Shown here piece by piece: positions 27,545 through 37,430 of a stretch of DNA of 64,000 nt. The position numbers and the translations under genes are program-made. The notes under the pieces are model-generated. The model had not been told where the DNA came from. It made no database searches and saw only the letters and a list, made by a program, of their open reading frames with translations. Within the stretch, counting starts at the first letter, position 1; the number at the start of each line of letters is the position of its first letter. The stretch is from contig JAZDMR010000015.1 of the NCBI GenBank assembly GCA_043800725.1, forward strand, positions 68,065-132,064. Reading direction: 5' to 3'. The DNA is from a bacterium (lineage in GTDB: Bacteria > Patescibacteriota > Patescibacteriia > HK-STAS-PATE-3).

Positions 27545-29158
27545 ATGCAAAAAATTAAATCAGCTAATGTGTATATTTGGATAGCAGTGGTTTTGTTTGG
27601 CCTGGCCTTTATATTAGTTTACTCTTTGGGTTTCCGAGGGGCTGACCAGAAGTACGGCTCGCCCGATGAGACAGCCAATGCTTTTTTTGCTAAACAATTC
27701 GCCGATCAGGGCAGCTTTCGATTAGAAGAACCCTTGTTGCCAGTTTCGAATGGCCTGCTTCATCCCAGAAGCATGAAGGTTGTCGAAGGAGCGGTTGTGC
27801 CGGGCTCCTGGCTTGGCCTGCCCCTGATGTATGGTTTTTTAATCAAGTTTTTTAGTGCCGCTGCCTTGCCGTATCTCACGCTGGTATTTTCTTTTTTTGC
27901 AGGACTGGCTTTTTTTGCCTGGCTGAAAAGCTTGTTTAATAGAAAAATCGCCTTTGTCAGCGTCTTGCTATTTTTTATCCATCCAATATTTTGGTTTTAT
28001 AACAGCCGCCCTCTTTGGAACAATACATTGTTTGTAGATTTATTTATTATCAGTCTGGCAGCTTTTCACTTTTGGTTAAAAAATAAAAAATGGTATTGGG
28101 CTGCTCTTACCGGACTAGCCTTAGGCCTCACCTTAATAGTGCGTACCTCCGAAGCTGTTTGGGTGATTCTGGCTCTGGTAATATATTGGGCAGTCCAAAA
28201 AATTAGCTTACCTTGGAAACAGATTCTGATTGCCTTCGGAGTTGTAATTATTGTGTTTCTGCCGTTAGCTTATTATCAGCGAGACACCTATGGAAGCCTT
28301 CTTAGCACCGGATATACCATTGCTGACAATTATTATTCACCTATGAATGATAATCAGTCAGACCAGACAGGTTTTATAAGTCAGGCAGCTAGGGCAATAT
28401 TTCCGTTTGGTATTAAGCTTGAAGCATTGCGAGTATTTAGCGATTATCAATTGAAATATTTTGCCGGTTGGACAATATTTGGCTTGATTGGCTTGATGGC
28501 ATTATTAATGAGCAGCCTAAGAAAGCATTATAGTTCGCTATTGGGATTTAGCTTAATGGTTTTATTTATAAATGTTTGGCTGGTGCTGATGTACGGCAGT
28601 TTTCAGTTTAATGAATTTGCCGATCGATCGGCCCTGCTATTCGGTTCTTCGTATTTGAGATACTGGTTGCCGGGATTGATTTTACAGATCCCTTTGATGG
28701 TAATAGCCGTGGAGAAGATTGCTCAATTAGTAAAAGGTCGCTGGATAAAGGCCGTCGTGTTTTCTTTATTGATAATTAGCCTGGTCGCCTTCTCAGTATC
28801 AAAGGTGGTTTATGAGCCATTGTATGGGTTAAGTTTAAATAGAAGTGAAGCTGTTTCTGCCGAACAAGAAAATGAAAAATTAGTAGCTGCTTTTGTTGAG
28901 TCAAGATCAGTATTATTAGTAAAAGATAAAGATAAGGTATATTTTCCAAAATATCGAGTAATTGGCTATAATGATTTCACAGCGGAGCTTCAAGCAGCCT
29001 CAAATTCGTTAGAAACACAAGTGCCAATTTATTTGCTATCACGCGGACAGCTAGAAGTAGACTTAGCCAATAGACTGGCTGGTCAGACCAATAAACAGTG
29101 GCAGCTTGCCCTGCCATTACTTGATTCATACGGCCTTTATTTATTAAAAACCCTTTAG
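27545..29158 (+). CDS. GT-C-fold (PMT_2/GT39-like) membrane glycosyltransferase
   Basis: SPDE motif in the first loop, ~12 TM, VRTSE, YLRYWLP; start may be 27530. Confidence 0.75.
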   Translation: MQKIKSANVYIWIAVVLFGLAFILVYSLGFRGADQKYGSPDETANAFFAKQFADQGSFRLEEPLLPVSNGLLHPRSMKVVEGAVVPGSWLGLPLMYGFLIKFFSAAALPYLTLVFSFFAGLAFFAWLKSLFNRKIAFVSVLLFFIHPIFWFYNSRPLWNNTLFVDLFIISLAAFHFWLKNKKWYWAALTGLALGLTLIVRTSEAVWVILALVIYWAVQKISLPWKQILIAFGVVIIVFLPLAYYQRDTYGSLLSTGYTIADNYYSPMNDNQSDQTGFISQAARAIFPFGIKLEALRVFSDYQLKYFAGWTIFGLIGLMALLMSSLRKHYSSLLGFSLMVLFINVWLVLMYGSFQFNEFADRSALLFGSSYLRYWLPGLILQIPLMVIAVEKIAQLVKGRWIKAVVFSLLIISLVAFSVSKVVYEPLYGLSLNRSEAVSAEQENEKLVAAFVESRSVLLVKDKDKVYFPKYRVIGYNDFTAELQAASNSLETQVPIYLLSRGQLEVDLANRLAGQTNKQWQLALPLLDSYGLYLLKTL

Positions 29159-29164
29159 TTTAAA

Positions 29165-30019
29165 ATGGATAGCAGTACAGGCAGAAAAACTATCATCTCA
29201 GGACAGAAAATAGCCATCCTCGCTATTTGGCTGATATTTACCATAGCACTGCTTTGTTTGGTTAATAAGTACACAGGCCTGACCGGCCAAGTGGTTTTTC
29301 AGACAAACTTTCGCGACCAGTCTACTGTTATTAAATTTGATAATCCCAGCCAGATTTTGGAATATACCGGCAATGACAGTTTAAAGCATGTTAAGTTTTT
29401 TCAAGATAAAGTGAGATTCACTGTCCAGCCGCCTGTGGCTTATCAAGAGCTTGATATTTCTTTACGCTTCAAAAATGTTAATCAAGGTATTGTACTGCTG
29501 ACACCACAAACCAAGCTGGGGCTAGAAGAGGTGTCATTGCCTTTGGTGGTCGATTGGCTGGACCAACTGTCTTGGGAAGTTATTGACAATGGAACAATCA
29601 TGCTTTGGCAAAAACAGCCGCGATATAATTCTATTGAAGAGTTTTTCATCAACCCGCCTGAGCAAGGATTGGCTAAGGTCTGGTATCAGCCTCAAGTTCA
29701 AGCCATTTATCCGGAAAGCCAAAAAATGACAGTGCCAGAAATTGCTTTAGGACAGGAAATTAATAATCCTACGGATGAAATACTAAGCCAGTACGATTTT
29801 ATAATTAGCACTTATCGGCCGCCCATCAAAGACGACCAGTGGCTGGTTGCCAATCTGGCGCTTGATCTGACTTCTTTATTCTCAGATGACAACAAATTCT
29901 TTTTCTCATTGACAGCGCCTAATCGCAATTCAATGGATGATGCTGTTAATCTGGATTGGCTAAAAGCAAAATTTTGCAAAGACCCGTTCAGCCTTGGCAA
30001 AATATTTCCAAAACTTTAA
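29165..30019 (+). CDS. Membrane-anchored hypothetical protein (paralog of 14869..16422)
   Basis: N-terminal TM; LWQKQPRYNSIEEF and YDFIISTY motifs. Confidence 0.7.
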   Translation: MDSSTGRKTIISGQKIAILAIWLIFTIALLCLVNKYTGLTGQVVFQTNFRDQSTVIKFDNPSQILEYTGNDSLKHVKFFQDKVRFTVQPPVAYQELDISLRFKNVNQGIVLLTPQTKLGLEEVSLPLVVDWLDQLSWEVIDNGTIMLWQKQPRYNSIEEFFINPPEQGLAKVWYQPQVQAIYPESQKMTVPEIALGQEINNPTDEILSQYDFIISTYRPPIKDDQWLVANLALDLTSLFSDDNKFFFSLTAPNRNSMDDAVNLDWLKAKFCKDPFSLGKIFPKL

Positions 30020-30026
30020 ATTTAAT

Positions 30027-30422
30027 ATGGATAAACAATTTTCCCAAACTACGAATTGGTCTGTGGCGCTAAAACATTTATTTCTCGCCTCGTTATTTTT
30101 CGCATTAGTAGTTTTTATTGTTGATCCGTTTATTGATAATTTCATACAAAATTTCGTTGACGATACTTGGCTGACGATTTGGGTGATTATTACCGGTATT
30201 TTATCAATCATTACTAGTAATCAAGACAATACTGAAAAGATCATAGCGTCCAACTGGCTAAGGCTGATCTATTTTTTAATTACCCTATTAGTAGGACTCT
30301 GGGTGGGCTGGTCTATCAGAGATTTAGGATGGCAAGCATGGCTGCTGGGTTTATTGACCGCTATGGTCAGCTGGGGTATTCTTTACGGTGCTATTGAAAA
30401 TAGTCAAAGCACTAATGATTGA
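30027..30422 (+). CDS. Four-TM membrane protein
   Basis: Hydrophobic; start taken at MDKQ after the upstream stop. Confidence 0.65.
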   Translation: MDKQFSQTTNWSVALKHLFLASLFFALVVFIVDPFIDNFIQNFVDDTWLTIWVIITGILSIITSNQDNTEKIIASNWLRLIYFLITLLVGLWVGWSIRDLGWQAWLLGLLTAMVSWGILYGAIENSQSTND

Positions 30423-30897
30423 TGGTCTAAAAATTAAAAAACTAACGATTCGCCAGGATGTACCCGACCGAGAAGACGAGACGTCCAAATTAGGTTTCTT
30501 GATGGAAATTTTGAGAGATGATGAGGATCTACTAAATCATTTCGGACAAAGCACTTTTACCGTTGCTTACACAGGCACTATCAAAGCTTTTCACTATCAT
30601 GAAAAACAGGACGATCTTTGGTTCGTGGCCACAGGCAAGGCAGTCATCGTTCTACATGACCTACGCGAAGATTCTCCGACCAAAGGCGAAACCCAAGTAA
30701 TATATGCGGGCGCGGATGATTATAAGTTAATAGCCATTCCGATTGGCGTGGCGCATGGCTATAAAGTATTAAGTGAAGAGCCAGTGTTGTTGTTTTATCA
30801 CACTACCAAGTCTTACGATATAAAAAACCCGGATGAAAAAAGACTGGCTTATAATGATCCAAAGATAGGGTTTAACTGGGAAGAATATAGTGATTAA
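30415..30897 (+). CDS. rfbC: dTDP-4-dehydrorhamnose 3,5-epimerase (cupin)
   Basis: IKAFHYHEKQDD, DLREDSPT, IPIGVAHGY; start taken at MIDG. Confidence 0.85.
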   Translation: MIDGLKIKKLTIRQDVPDREDETSKLGFLMEILRDDEDLLNHFGQSTFTVAYTGTIKAFHYHEKQDDLWFVATGKAVIVLHDLREDSPTKGETQVIYAGADDYKLIAIPIGVAHGYKVLSEEPVLLFYHTTKSYDIKNPDEKRLAYNDPKIGFNWEEYSD

Positions 30898-31831
30898 GCC
30901 GAATAAAATAATTATTTCCGGCTCGATTGCTCATGATCGGATAATGTCGTTTCCCGGCTATTTTCGAGATCATATATTACCGGACAAGATTCATATGCTC
31001 AATGTCAGCTTTATGCTGAATTCGTATAAGGAAAGCTTTGGCGGAACTGCCGGAAATATTGCCTACAATTTACAAATGCTAGGATTTATACCGGTGGTTG
31101 TAGGTGCTGTCGGAAATGACTTTGATAAATATCAAAAGCACTTAAAAAAGAAAAAAATTGATTTATCAAGTTTAAAGTATATTAATAGCGAGCCTACCGC
31201 ATTAGGCTCGATTTTTACCGATCGGGCTGATAATCAGATTACTGGATTTTATGCTGGGGCAATGCTGCATGCTTCAGGGTTTAAGAAAATACCAGCGCAG
31301 TCAAAAATGGCTATTGTCTCGCCAGGAAACCTGTATGATATGAAAAAACTTCCAAAACTTTTCAGAAGTAAAAAGGTTCCGTTTATCTATGACCCGGGCC
31401 AGCAAATTGTCAGCTTGTCAGGAGGCTCTTTAATACAGGGCATGAAAGAATCGGTTGCTTTAGTCGGCAATGATTATGAGATTTCGTTGATACTCAGCAA
31501 AGCTCGAATAAAAAAGCACAATCTGTTTAAATACACCTCAGTGGTAATAACCACCTTGGGGGCCAAGGGGTCAGTAATAAATTTACCGGATGAACAAATT
31601 AAAATTCCGCCAGTCAAGGTGAAAAAAGTAGTTGATCCTACCGGCGCTGGCGATGCATACCGAGCAGGTTTAATTGCCGGACTAGTTTCAAACATGCCGC
31701 TGAGAAAAGCGGGCCGGCTTGCTTCCATGGTTGCCTCTTATGCGGTTGAGTATCAAGGCACCCAAGTACATAAATTTACCAATAAAGATATTACTAAGCG
31801 ATATAAAGCAAATTTTAAGGAGAATCTATGA
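30890..31831 (+). CDS. PfkB-family carbohydrate/nucleoside kinase (adenosine kinase-like)
   Basis: GSIAHD, GGTAGNIAY, DPGQQ, DPTGAGDAYRAG; adjacent to ahcY. Confidence 0.88.
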   Translation: MIKPNKIIISGSIAHDRIMSFPGYFRDHILPDKIHMLNVSFMLNSYKESFGGTAGNIAYNLQMLGFIPVVVGAVGNDFDKYQKHLKKKKIDLSSLKYINSEPTALGSIFTDRADNQITGFYAGAMLHASGFKKIPAQSKMAIVSPGNLYDMKKLPKLFRSKKVPFIYDPGQQIVSLSGGSLIQGMKESVALVGNDYEISLILSKARIKKHNLFKYTSVVITTLGAKGSVINLPDEQIKIPPVKVKKVVDPTGAGDAYRAGLIAGLVSNMPLRKAGRLASMVASYAVEYQGTQVHKFTNKDITKRYKANFKENL

Positions 31832-33084
31832 AATACGACGTCACCAATCTGCGATTAGCCAAGAAAGGCAAAGAGAGAATAGAATGGGCTGAAAAGTCCA
31901 TGGATGTTTTACGAAGCATTCGTAAGAGATTTGCCAAAGACAAACCCTTAAAAGGAGTACGAGTTTCCGCTTGCCTGCATATTACAGTTGAGACGGCAAA
32001 TCTGCTTAGAACTTTAAAAGACGGCGGCGCCAATGTAATTGCTTGCGCCTCAAATCCTTTATCAACCCAGGATGATACTGCCGCGGCTCTTGTTAAATAC
32101 GAAAAAATTCCAGTATTTGCCAGGACAGGGGAGAATCGCAAGGTTTATTACCGGCATCTAAACGCTGCCATTGACCATAAACCGCAGATTACCATTGACG
32201 ACGGAGCGGACTTGGTTTCCTTGCTTCATAATGATCGCTCAAAAGAAGCTAAAGGCATTTGGGGCAGTTTGGAAGAAACCACTACCGGCGTTATCCGTTT
32301 GAGAAGTTTGGAAAAATCAGGCAAACTACAGTTTCCGGTCGTAGCGGTTAACGATGCCAAGACCAAGCATTTTTTTGACAATCAATATGGTACAGGCCAA
32401 AGTACCCTAGACGGCGTTATCAGAGCCACAAACATGCTCTTGGCCGGTAAAACAGTTGTCGTAGTGGGCTATGGCTGGTGCGGCCGCGGCGTAGCCAATA
32501 AAGCCCGAGGCATGGGATCGCAAGTTATTGTTATAGAAGTAGAGCCTGTCCGCGCCCTGGAAGCTACCATGGATGGCTTCCGAGTAATGGGTTTGAAGCA
32601 AGCCGCTTCGTTGGGGGATTTGTTCCTGACGTTAACGGGTGATATTCATGTATTAAGACCGGAACATTTTCGCCGAATGAAAGATGGCGCTGTTGTAGCG
32701 AACTCCGGACACTTTGACGTAGAAATAGACATTCCGGGTTTGAAAAAGATCAGCAAAAAAGTTGAACAAGTTAAACCCCTAGTCAAAGCTTATCATTTGT
32801 CAGCCAAGAGAAAGATTTATATCTTAGCTGACGGCCGCTTGATTAATCTAGCCTCTGCTGAAGGCCATCCGCCTTCGGTTATGGATATGAGTTTTGCCAA
32901 CCAAGCTTTGGCCGTGGAATATATTATTAAAAAGAAAAATATTCTAAGAAAGCAAGTTTACTCTATACCGGAAGAAATCGACCAAATGATTGCCTTCATG
33001 AAATTGCAAACCATGGGCATTGAGATTGACCGATTAACGCCACTGCAGAAAAAGTATTTGGCCTCTTGGGAGTTTGGTACGTAG
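31828..33084 (+). CDS. ahcY: S-adenosylhomocysteine hydrolase
   Basis: CLHITVET, SNPLSTQD, EETTTG, KHFFDNQYGTGQS, GYGWCGRG, GHPPSVMDMSF. Confidence 0.97.
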   Translation: MKYDVTNLRLAKKGKERIEWAEKSMDVLRSIRKRFAKDKPLKGVRVSACLHITVETANLLRTLKDGGANVIACASNPLSTQDDTAAALVKYEKIPVFARTGENRKVYYRHLNAAIDHKPQITIDDGADLVSLLHNDRSKEAKGIWGSLEETTTGVIRLRSLEKSGKLQFPVVAVNDAKTKHFFDNQYGTGQSTLDGVIRATNMLLAGKTVVVVGYGWCGRGVANKARGMGSQVIVIEVEPVRALEATMDGFRVMGLKQAASLGDLFLTLTGDIHVLRPEHFRRMKDGAVVANSGHFDVEIDIPGLKKISKKVEQVKPLVKAYHLSAKRKIYILADGRLINLASAEGHPPSVMDMSFANQALAVEYIIKKKNILRKQVYSIPEEIDQMIAFMKLQTMGIEIDRLTPLQKKYLASWEFGT

Positions 33085-33107
33085 GCAATAAATAAAATGA
33101 GATTATT

Positions 33108-34154
33108 ATGAAAATGCTCGCGGCAGTTAAAGAGCGGCCCGAATCTGGACTTCACGTAACTGAAGTAGAAGTGCCCAAAATCGGACCCAATGAAGTACTC
33201 GTAAAAATTAAGGCCGCCTCGATTTGCGGTACTGATTTACATATTTATATGTGGAATAACTGGGCTCAGGGCAGAGTAACTAATATCCCCATTATTCAGG
33301 GTCATGAAATGTGTGGGGAGATCGCTGACATTGGTCCGGGCGTCACTAATGTAAAAGTGGGCGATTTTGTTTCTGCGGAAAGCCATATTGTGTGTAATCA
33401 ATGTGATCTATGTAAATCAAATAAAAAACACATTTGCAGGAATACTAAAATTATCGGTGTGGAGGTCGATGGCTGTTTTGCGGAATATATCGCCTTACCA
33501 GCTGAAAACGCTCGGAAGAACCAGGAAAAAATGCCTGTTGATACGGCGGTCTTGATGGAAAACTTCGGTAACGCAGTTCATGTGGCCAGCACACCTGAAG
33601 TCAAAGACAAGACTATTATGTTATCAGGTTGCGGACCAGTGGGCGTAATGACCATCGCAGTATGCAAAGCACTTGGTGCAAAAAAGGTGATCGCCGTAAA
33701 TCCAAGTCCCTATCGATTAGAGCTAGCCAAGAAAATGGGGGCTGATGAGACAGTTTCAGCAAAAGATGAGAGCTTCAAAGAAAAAATACTTGATCTGACA
33801 GATGGTAAAGGCGTTGATATATTCATGGAAATGTCTGGAGCACCTAGTTCGATTCAGTCAGGTTATGAACTTTTAAAATATGGTGGTACGGCTATTGCCT
33901 TTGGGTTGCCCAGCGATCCGATCTCGTTCGATTTCAGTAATTTGGTAGTTTTTAAGGGAATTACTATCTATGGAATTATCGGTCGAAAGCTTTGGGAGAC
34001 TTGGGATTTGGCCAGTGAGTTAATCTACACTAAGAAGGTTGACTTGAGTCCCATAATTACCCATCGCTACAATCTAAAAGAGATTTCTCAGGGTTTTCAG
34101 ACCATGCTTTCAGGTAAGAGCGGAAAAGTGGTACTATACCCAATTGACAAATAA
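33108..34154 (+). CDS. tdh: L-threonine 3-dehydrogenase
   Basis: ICGTDLHIY, GHE, SAESHIVC..C..C......IC, GIIGRKLWETW; upstream of kbl. Confidence 0.92.
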   Translation: MKMLAAVKERPESGLHVTEVEVPKIGPNEVLVKIKAASICGTDLHIYMWNNWAQGRVTNIPIIQGHEMCGEIADIGPGVTNVKVGDFVSAESHIVCNQCDLCKSNKKHICRNTKIIGVEVDGCFAEYIALPAENARKNQEKMPVDTAVLMENFGNAVHVASTPEVKDKTIMLSGCGPVGVMTIAVCKALGAKKVIAVNPSPYRLELAKKMGADETVSAKDESFKEKILDLTDGKGVDIFMEMSGAPSSIQSGYELLKYGGTAIAFGLPSDPISFDFSNLVVFKGITIYGIIGRKLWETWDLASELIYTKKVDLSPIITHRYNLKEISQGFQTMLSGKSGKVVLYPIDK

Positions 34155-34176
34155 AATTTTTTAATTTGTTAATTAT

Positions 34177-35363
34177 ATGTTTGATAAAATAACTTGGATA
34201 GACAATGAAATTAAAACCCTAAAAGAACAAGGGTTATTGTCAAACACTGAATAATCGAATCTCCTCAGTCGGCTTGGTTTAATATTGAGGGCCAGAAAAG
34301 GCTTAATTTTTGTTCGAACAATTATTTGGGCCTCGCAAACAATGAGCGGCTAAAGAAGGCTGTAATTAAAGCTGTGGAGGAATACGGAGTTGGGCCTGGT
34401 GCTGTTAGGTCGATTTCTGGGACAACTAAGCTACACGTTGAATTGGAACAGCGACTGGCAAAATTCAAGAAAACCGAATCAACGATGACGGTTACCTCTG
34501 GTTTTGCGGCAAATACCGGAGTGATTCCCGCTTTGATGGGTAAAGAAGACGTGATTTTTTCAGATGAGCTTAATCACGCTTCAATAATCGATGGTTGCCG
34601 ATTAGCTAATTCCAGAATCGCAAAGTATCAGCATCGTTCGATCGAAGATCTGAAGCGCGCCATAGTCGAAGAAAAAAAGACTGGTTTTCGCAGAGCCATG
34701 ATCATTTCCGATGGTGTATTCAGCATGGATGGTGACTTGGCTCCTTTGCCAGAGTTAGTAGAAATAGCAAAAAATGAACAGTACCTATTAATGATCGATG
34801 ATGCCCACGGAGAAGGCGTCTTGGGTGACCACGGTCGGGGCATAGTAGATCATTTTAAGTTACCTGAAGAGTCTGTTGATGTGGAAGTGGGAACATTTTC
34901 CAAAGCTTTCGGTATCGAGGGCGGGCTTGCAGCCAGCAATGAGATAATTAATAAATGGCTGAGACAAAGATGCCGCTCGTTCTTATTCTCATCTGCAATG
35001 ACTATTCCAAATACGGCCGCCTGCATTGCTGCGATCGATATCATGGAAGAGTCGGATGATTTAATAAAGAAGCTGTGGGACAATGGAAAGTATTTTAAAG
35101 ACAAAATGAAACAGCTGGGTTTTAACACTGGCCAGAGCGAAACACCGATCACACCCATTACCATCGGTGAAGAAACCATGAACCAAGAATTTAGCCGACA
35201 GCTTTTCGACGAAGGTGTCTATGTTACCCCGATCGCTTTCCCACTAGTGCCTCGCGGTACAGCCAGACTAAGGGTAATGATTTCAGCGATCCATACTAAG
35301 GAAGATCTTGATTATGGCATTGAGGCTTTTTCTAGAGTCGGTCAGAAGCTTGGATTGATATAG
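34177..35363 (+). pseudogene. kbl: 2-amino-3-ketobutyrate CoA ligase (glycine C-acetyltransferase) with a 1-bp frameshift near the 5' end
   Basis: ATG 34177 gives MFDKITWIDNEIKTLKEQGLLSNTE* (TAA 34252). The -1 frame continues IIESPQSAW...NFCSNNYLGLAN, DELNHASIIDG, DGVFSMDG, DDAHG, GTFSKAFG. Confidence 0.85.
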
Positions 35364-35407
35364 TCATTGAGAAGCTATTAGCTAACTAGAAATTTGGAAG
35401 GTATGTA

Positions 35408-35806
35408 ATGAACACCATAAATAAAATCGGCCTGATAATAATTCAGGACGATAAAATTCTACTTACCCGAAAAAAGGGGACAGATAAGTTTTTGATGCCT
35501 GGGGGTAAGATACGGCCCGAGGAGTCGCACAAGAAGTGTTTAGATCGGGAGATCATCGAAGAGCTTGGTGTAAATATTGACTCAGATTCAATTAAGTTTC
35601 TAGTAAGTATGGAGGATATGGCTGAGTATGAAACTGATACTCTTCTGAAAATGGAATTATATATTGGCAATATTCAGGGTATACCGAAGGCTCAGTCGGA
35701 AATTGAGGAGATAGTTTGGTTTAGTAAAAATGACAATTTTAAAAAATTATCCCGTATGCTGGAGCATAAAATAATGCCTCATATAATTTACAATAAATAT
35801 TTATGA
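35408..35806 (+). CDS. Nudix hydrolase
   Basis: PGGKIRPEESHKKCLDREIIEELG Nudix box. Confidence 0.9.
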   Translation: MNTINKIGLIIIQDDKILLTRKKGTDKFLMPGGKIRPEESHKKCLDREIIEELGVNIDSDSIKFLVSMEDMAEYETDTLLKMELYIGNIQGIPKAQSEIEEIVWFSKNDNFKKLSRMLEHKIMPHIIYNKYL

Positions 35807-35837
35807 CTTGTTGCAGATCTTATAAAATCAAGCAGTA

Positions 35838-36359
35838 ATGAAGAAAATAATACAAAAAAGAATACTTGCTTTTATTATTGATTATCTAGTAATCGCCCTG
35901 TATGCTGGGATACTTTTTTTATTAGTTTATTCGGCAATAAAATTATTTAACCTGAATACCAACGTATCTTCAGTTATTGGACAATTAATTGGTATGATCT
36001 CATTGACCCTGCCAGTAGTTTTATATTTCGTTATTATGGAAAATAAATCGAAGCAAGGAACAATTGGTAAAAATATTAAGAAAATTAAGGTTACTGATGT
36101 GAATAATCAGACTGCCTCATTAAAATATATAATCATCAGAAATATTATTAAATTTATGCCTTGGGAGATTGCCCACCTTGGAATTCATTGGACAATTTAT
36201 TTCTCAAATGAAGGAATTGAACAGCCTGTCTGGATTTGGTTAGTTTTAGTTATCCCTCAAGTCACAGTTGTTATATATTTACTTAGCATTGTTATTGATA
36301 AGAATAATAGGGGAATCTACGACAGGATATCCCACACCAAGGTTATCGAATTGCTATAA
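35838..36359 (+). CDS. RDD-family membrane protein
   Basis: KRILAFIID, GTIGK, RGIYDRISHTKV. Confidence 0.88.
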   Translation: MKKIIQKRILAFIIDYLVIALYAGILFLLVYSAIKLFNLNTNVSSVIGQLIGMISLTLPVVLYFVIMENKSKQGTIGKNIKKIKVTDVNNQTASLKYIIIRNIIKFMPWEIAHLGIHWTIYFSNEGIEQPVWIWLVLVIPQVTVVIYLLSIVIDKNNRGIYDRISHTKVIELL

Positions 36360-36379
36360 ATCTTACTAAATAGCAAATC

Positions 36380-36408
36380 TTGCGAAGGATGTAAGCCAAT
36401 GTTAGAGT
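36380..36408 (+). promoter_or_regulatory. Putative leaderless sigma70 promoter for rfbBDA
   Basis: TTGCGA-17-TAGAGT with TGn; ATG 8 nt downstream. Confidence 0.55.
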
Positions 36409-36416
36409 ATTAAAGT

Positions 36417-37430
36417 ATGAAAATACTCGTTACCGGGGGAGCAGGATTTATGGGATCGGATTATATCCGATATGTTTTAGAAGCCCATACTGAGGTAAAA
36501 ATTTATAATTTCGACAAGTTGACTTATTGCGGTAATCTGGCGAATTTAAAGAAAATTGAGACAGATCCGCGCTACTTATTTGTCCGGGGGGATATTGCTG
36601 ACCATGAAGTTGTGGAAAAGGTTTTAAAGGAATTTAAACCAGATGCCATTGTTAATTTTGCGGCGGAAACTCACGTAGATAGGTCTATCCTTTGGTCCAA
36701 GGATTTTGTGGAAACTGACATTATCGGTACCCAAACATTATTAGAGGCAGTTAAGCAATATAAAATTACCAAATACTTACAAGTATCTACTGATGAGGTA
36801 TATGGCTCTATCGAAGAAGGCGAAGCCACGGAAGAAAGTGTATTTAATCCCTCAAGCCCTTATTCGGCATCCAAGGCCGGAGCTGATCTGCTAATTAAGG
36901 CGTATTGGAAAACATACAGAACACCGGCCATCATTACGCACAGCTGCAACAATTATGGCTGGTATCAGTATCCCGAAAAAGTAATTCCTTTGTTTATCAC
37001 CAATCTGATTGAAAACAAGCAAGTGCCTTTATACGGCGATGGAAAAAATGTCCGAGAGTGGATATTTGTGCGCGATCACAGTCGGGCGGTTGATTTTTTA
37101 TTAAATAACGGAAAGGCAGGGGAAAGCTATAATATAGGCACTGGACACAGGATATCTAATATTGGTTTGACAAACCAGCTGCTTAATTTATTAAATTTAG
37201 GGCAAGAAATGATTAAGCCGGTAAAAGATCGGGCCGGACATGATCTGCGCTACGCCGTGTCTTGTGAAAAATTGCTAAACATGGGCTGGGAGCCGGAATA
37301 TCAGTTTGACCAGGCTATTCGCGAAACTGTCCGCTGGTATCAGGATAATATTGGCTGGTGGCGATCGATCAAGTCAGGCGATTACCAAGAATATTATAAA
37401 GAGCAGTATATTAATCGGGAAAAATCATGA
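36417..37430 (+). CDS. rfbB: dTDP-glucose 4,6-dehydratase
   Basis: TGGAGFMGS, DKLTY, AAETHVDRS, STDEVYG, PSSPYSASK. Confidence 0.95.
   Translation: MKILVTGGAGFMGSDYIRYVLEAHTEVKIYNFDKLTYCGNLANLKKIETDPRYLFVRGDIADHEVVEKVLKEFKPDAIVNFAAETHVDRSILWSKDFVETDIIGTQTLLEAVKQYKITKYLQVSTDEVYGSIEEGEATEESVFNPSSPYSASKAGADLLIKAYWKTYRTPAIITHSCNNYGWYQYPEKVIPLFITNLIENKQVPLYGDGKNVREWIFVRDHSRAVDFLLNNGKAGESYNIGTGHRISNIGLTNQLLNLLNLGQEMIKPVKDRAGHDLRYAVSCEKLLNMGWEPEYQFDQAIRETVRWYQDNIGWWRSIKSGDYQEYYKEQYINREKS

Noticed and set aside
34246-34254. TGA recoding (code 25 or selenocysteine) to rescue kbl
   Set aside because: The TGA is not in frame with the ATG at 34177, and many genes in the window end at TGA, so code 11 applies.
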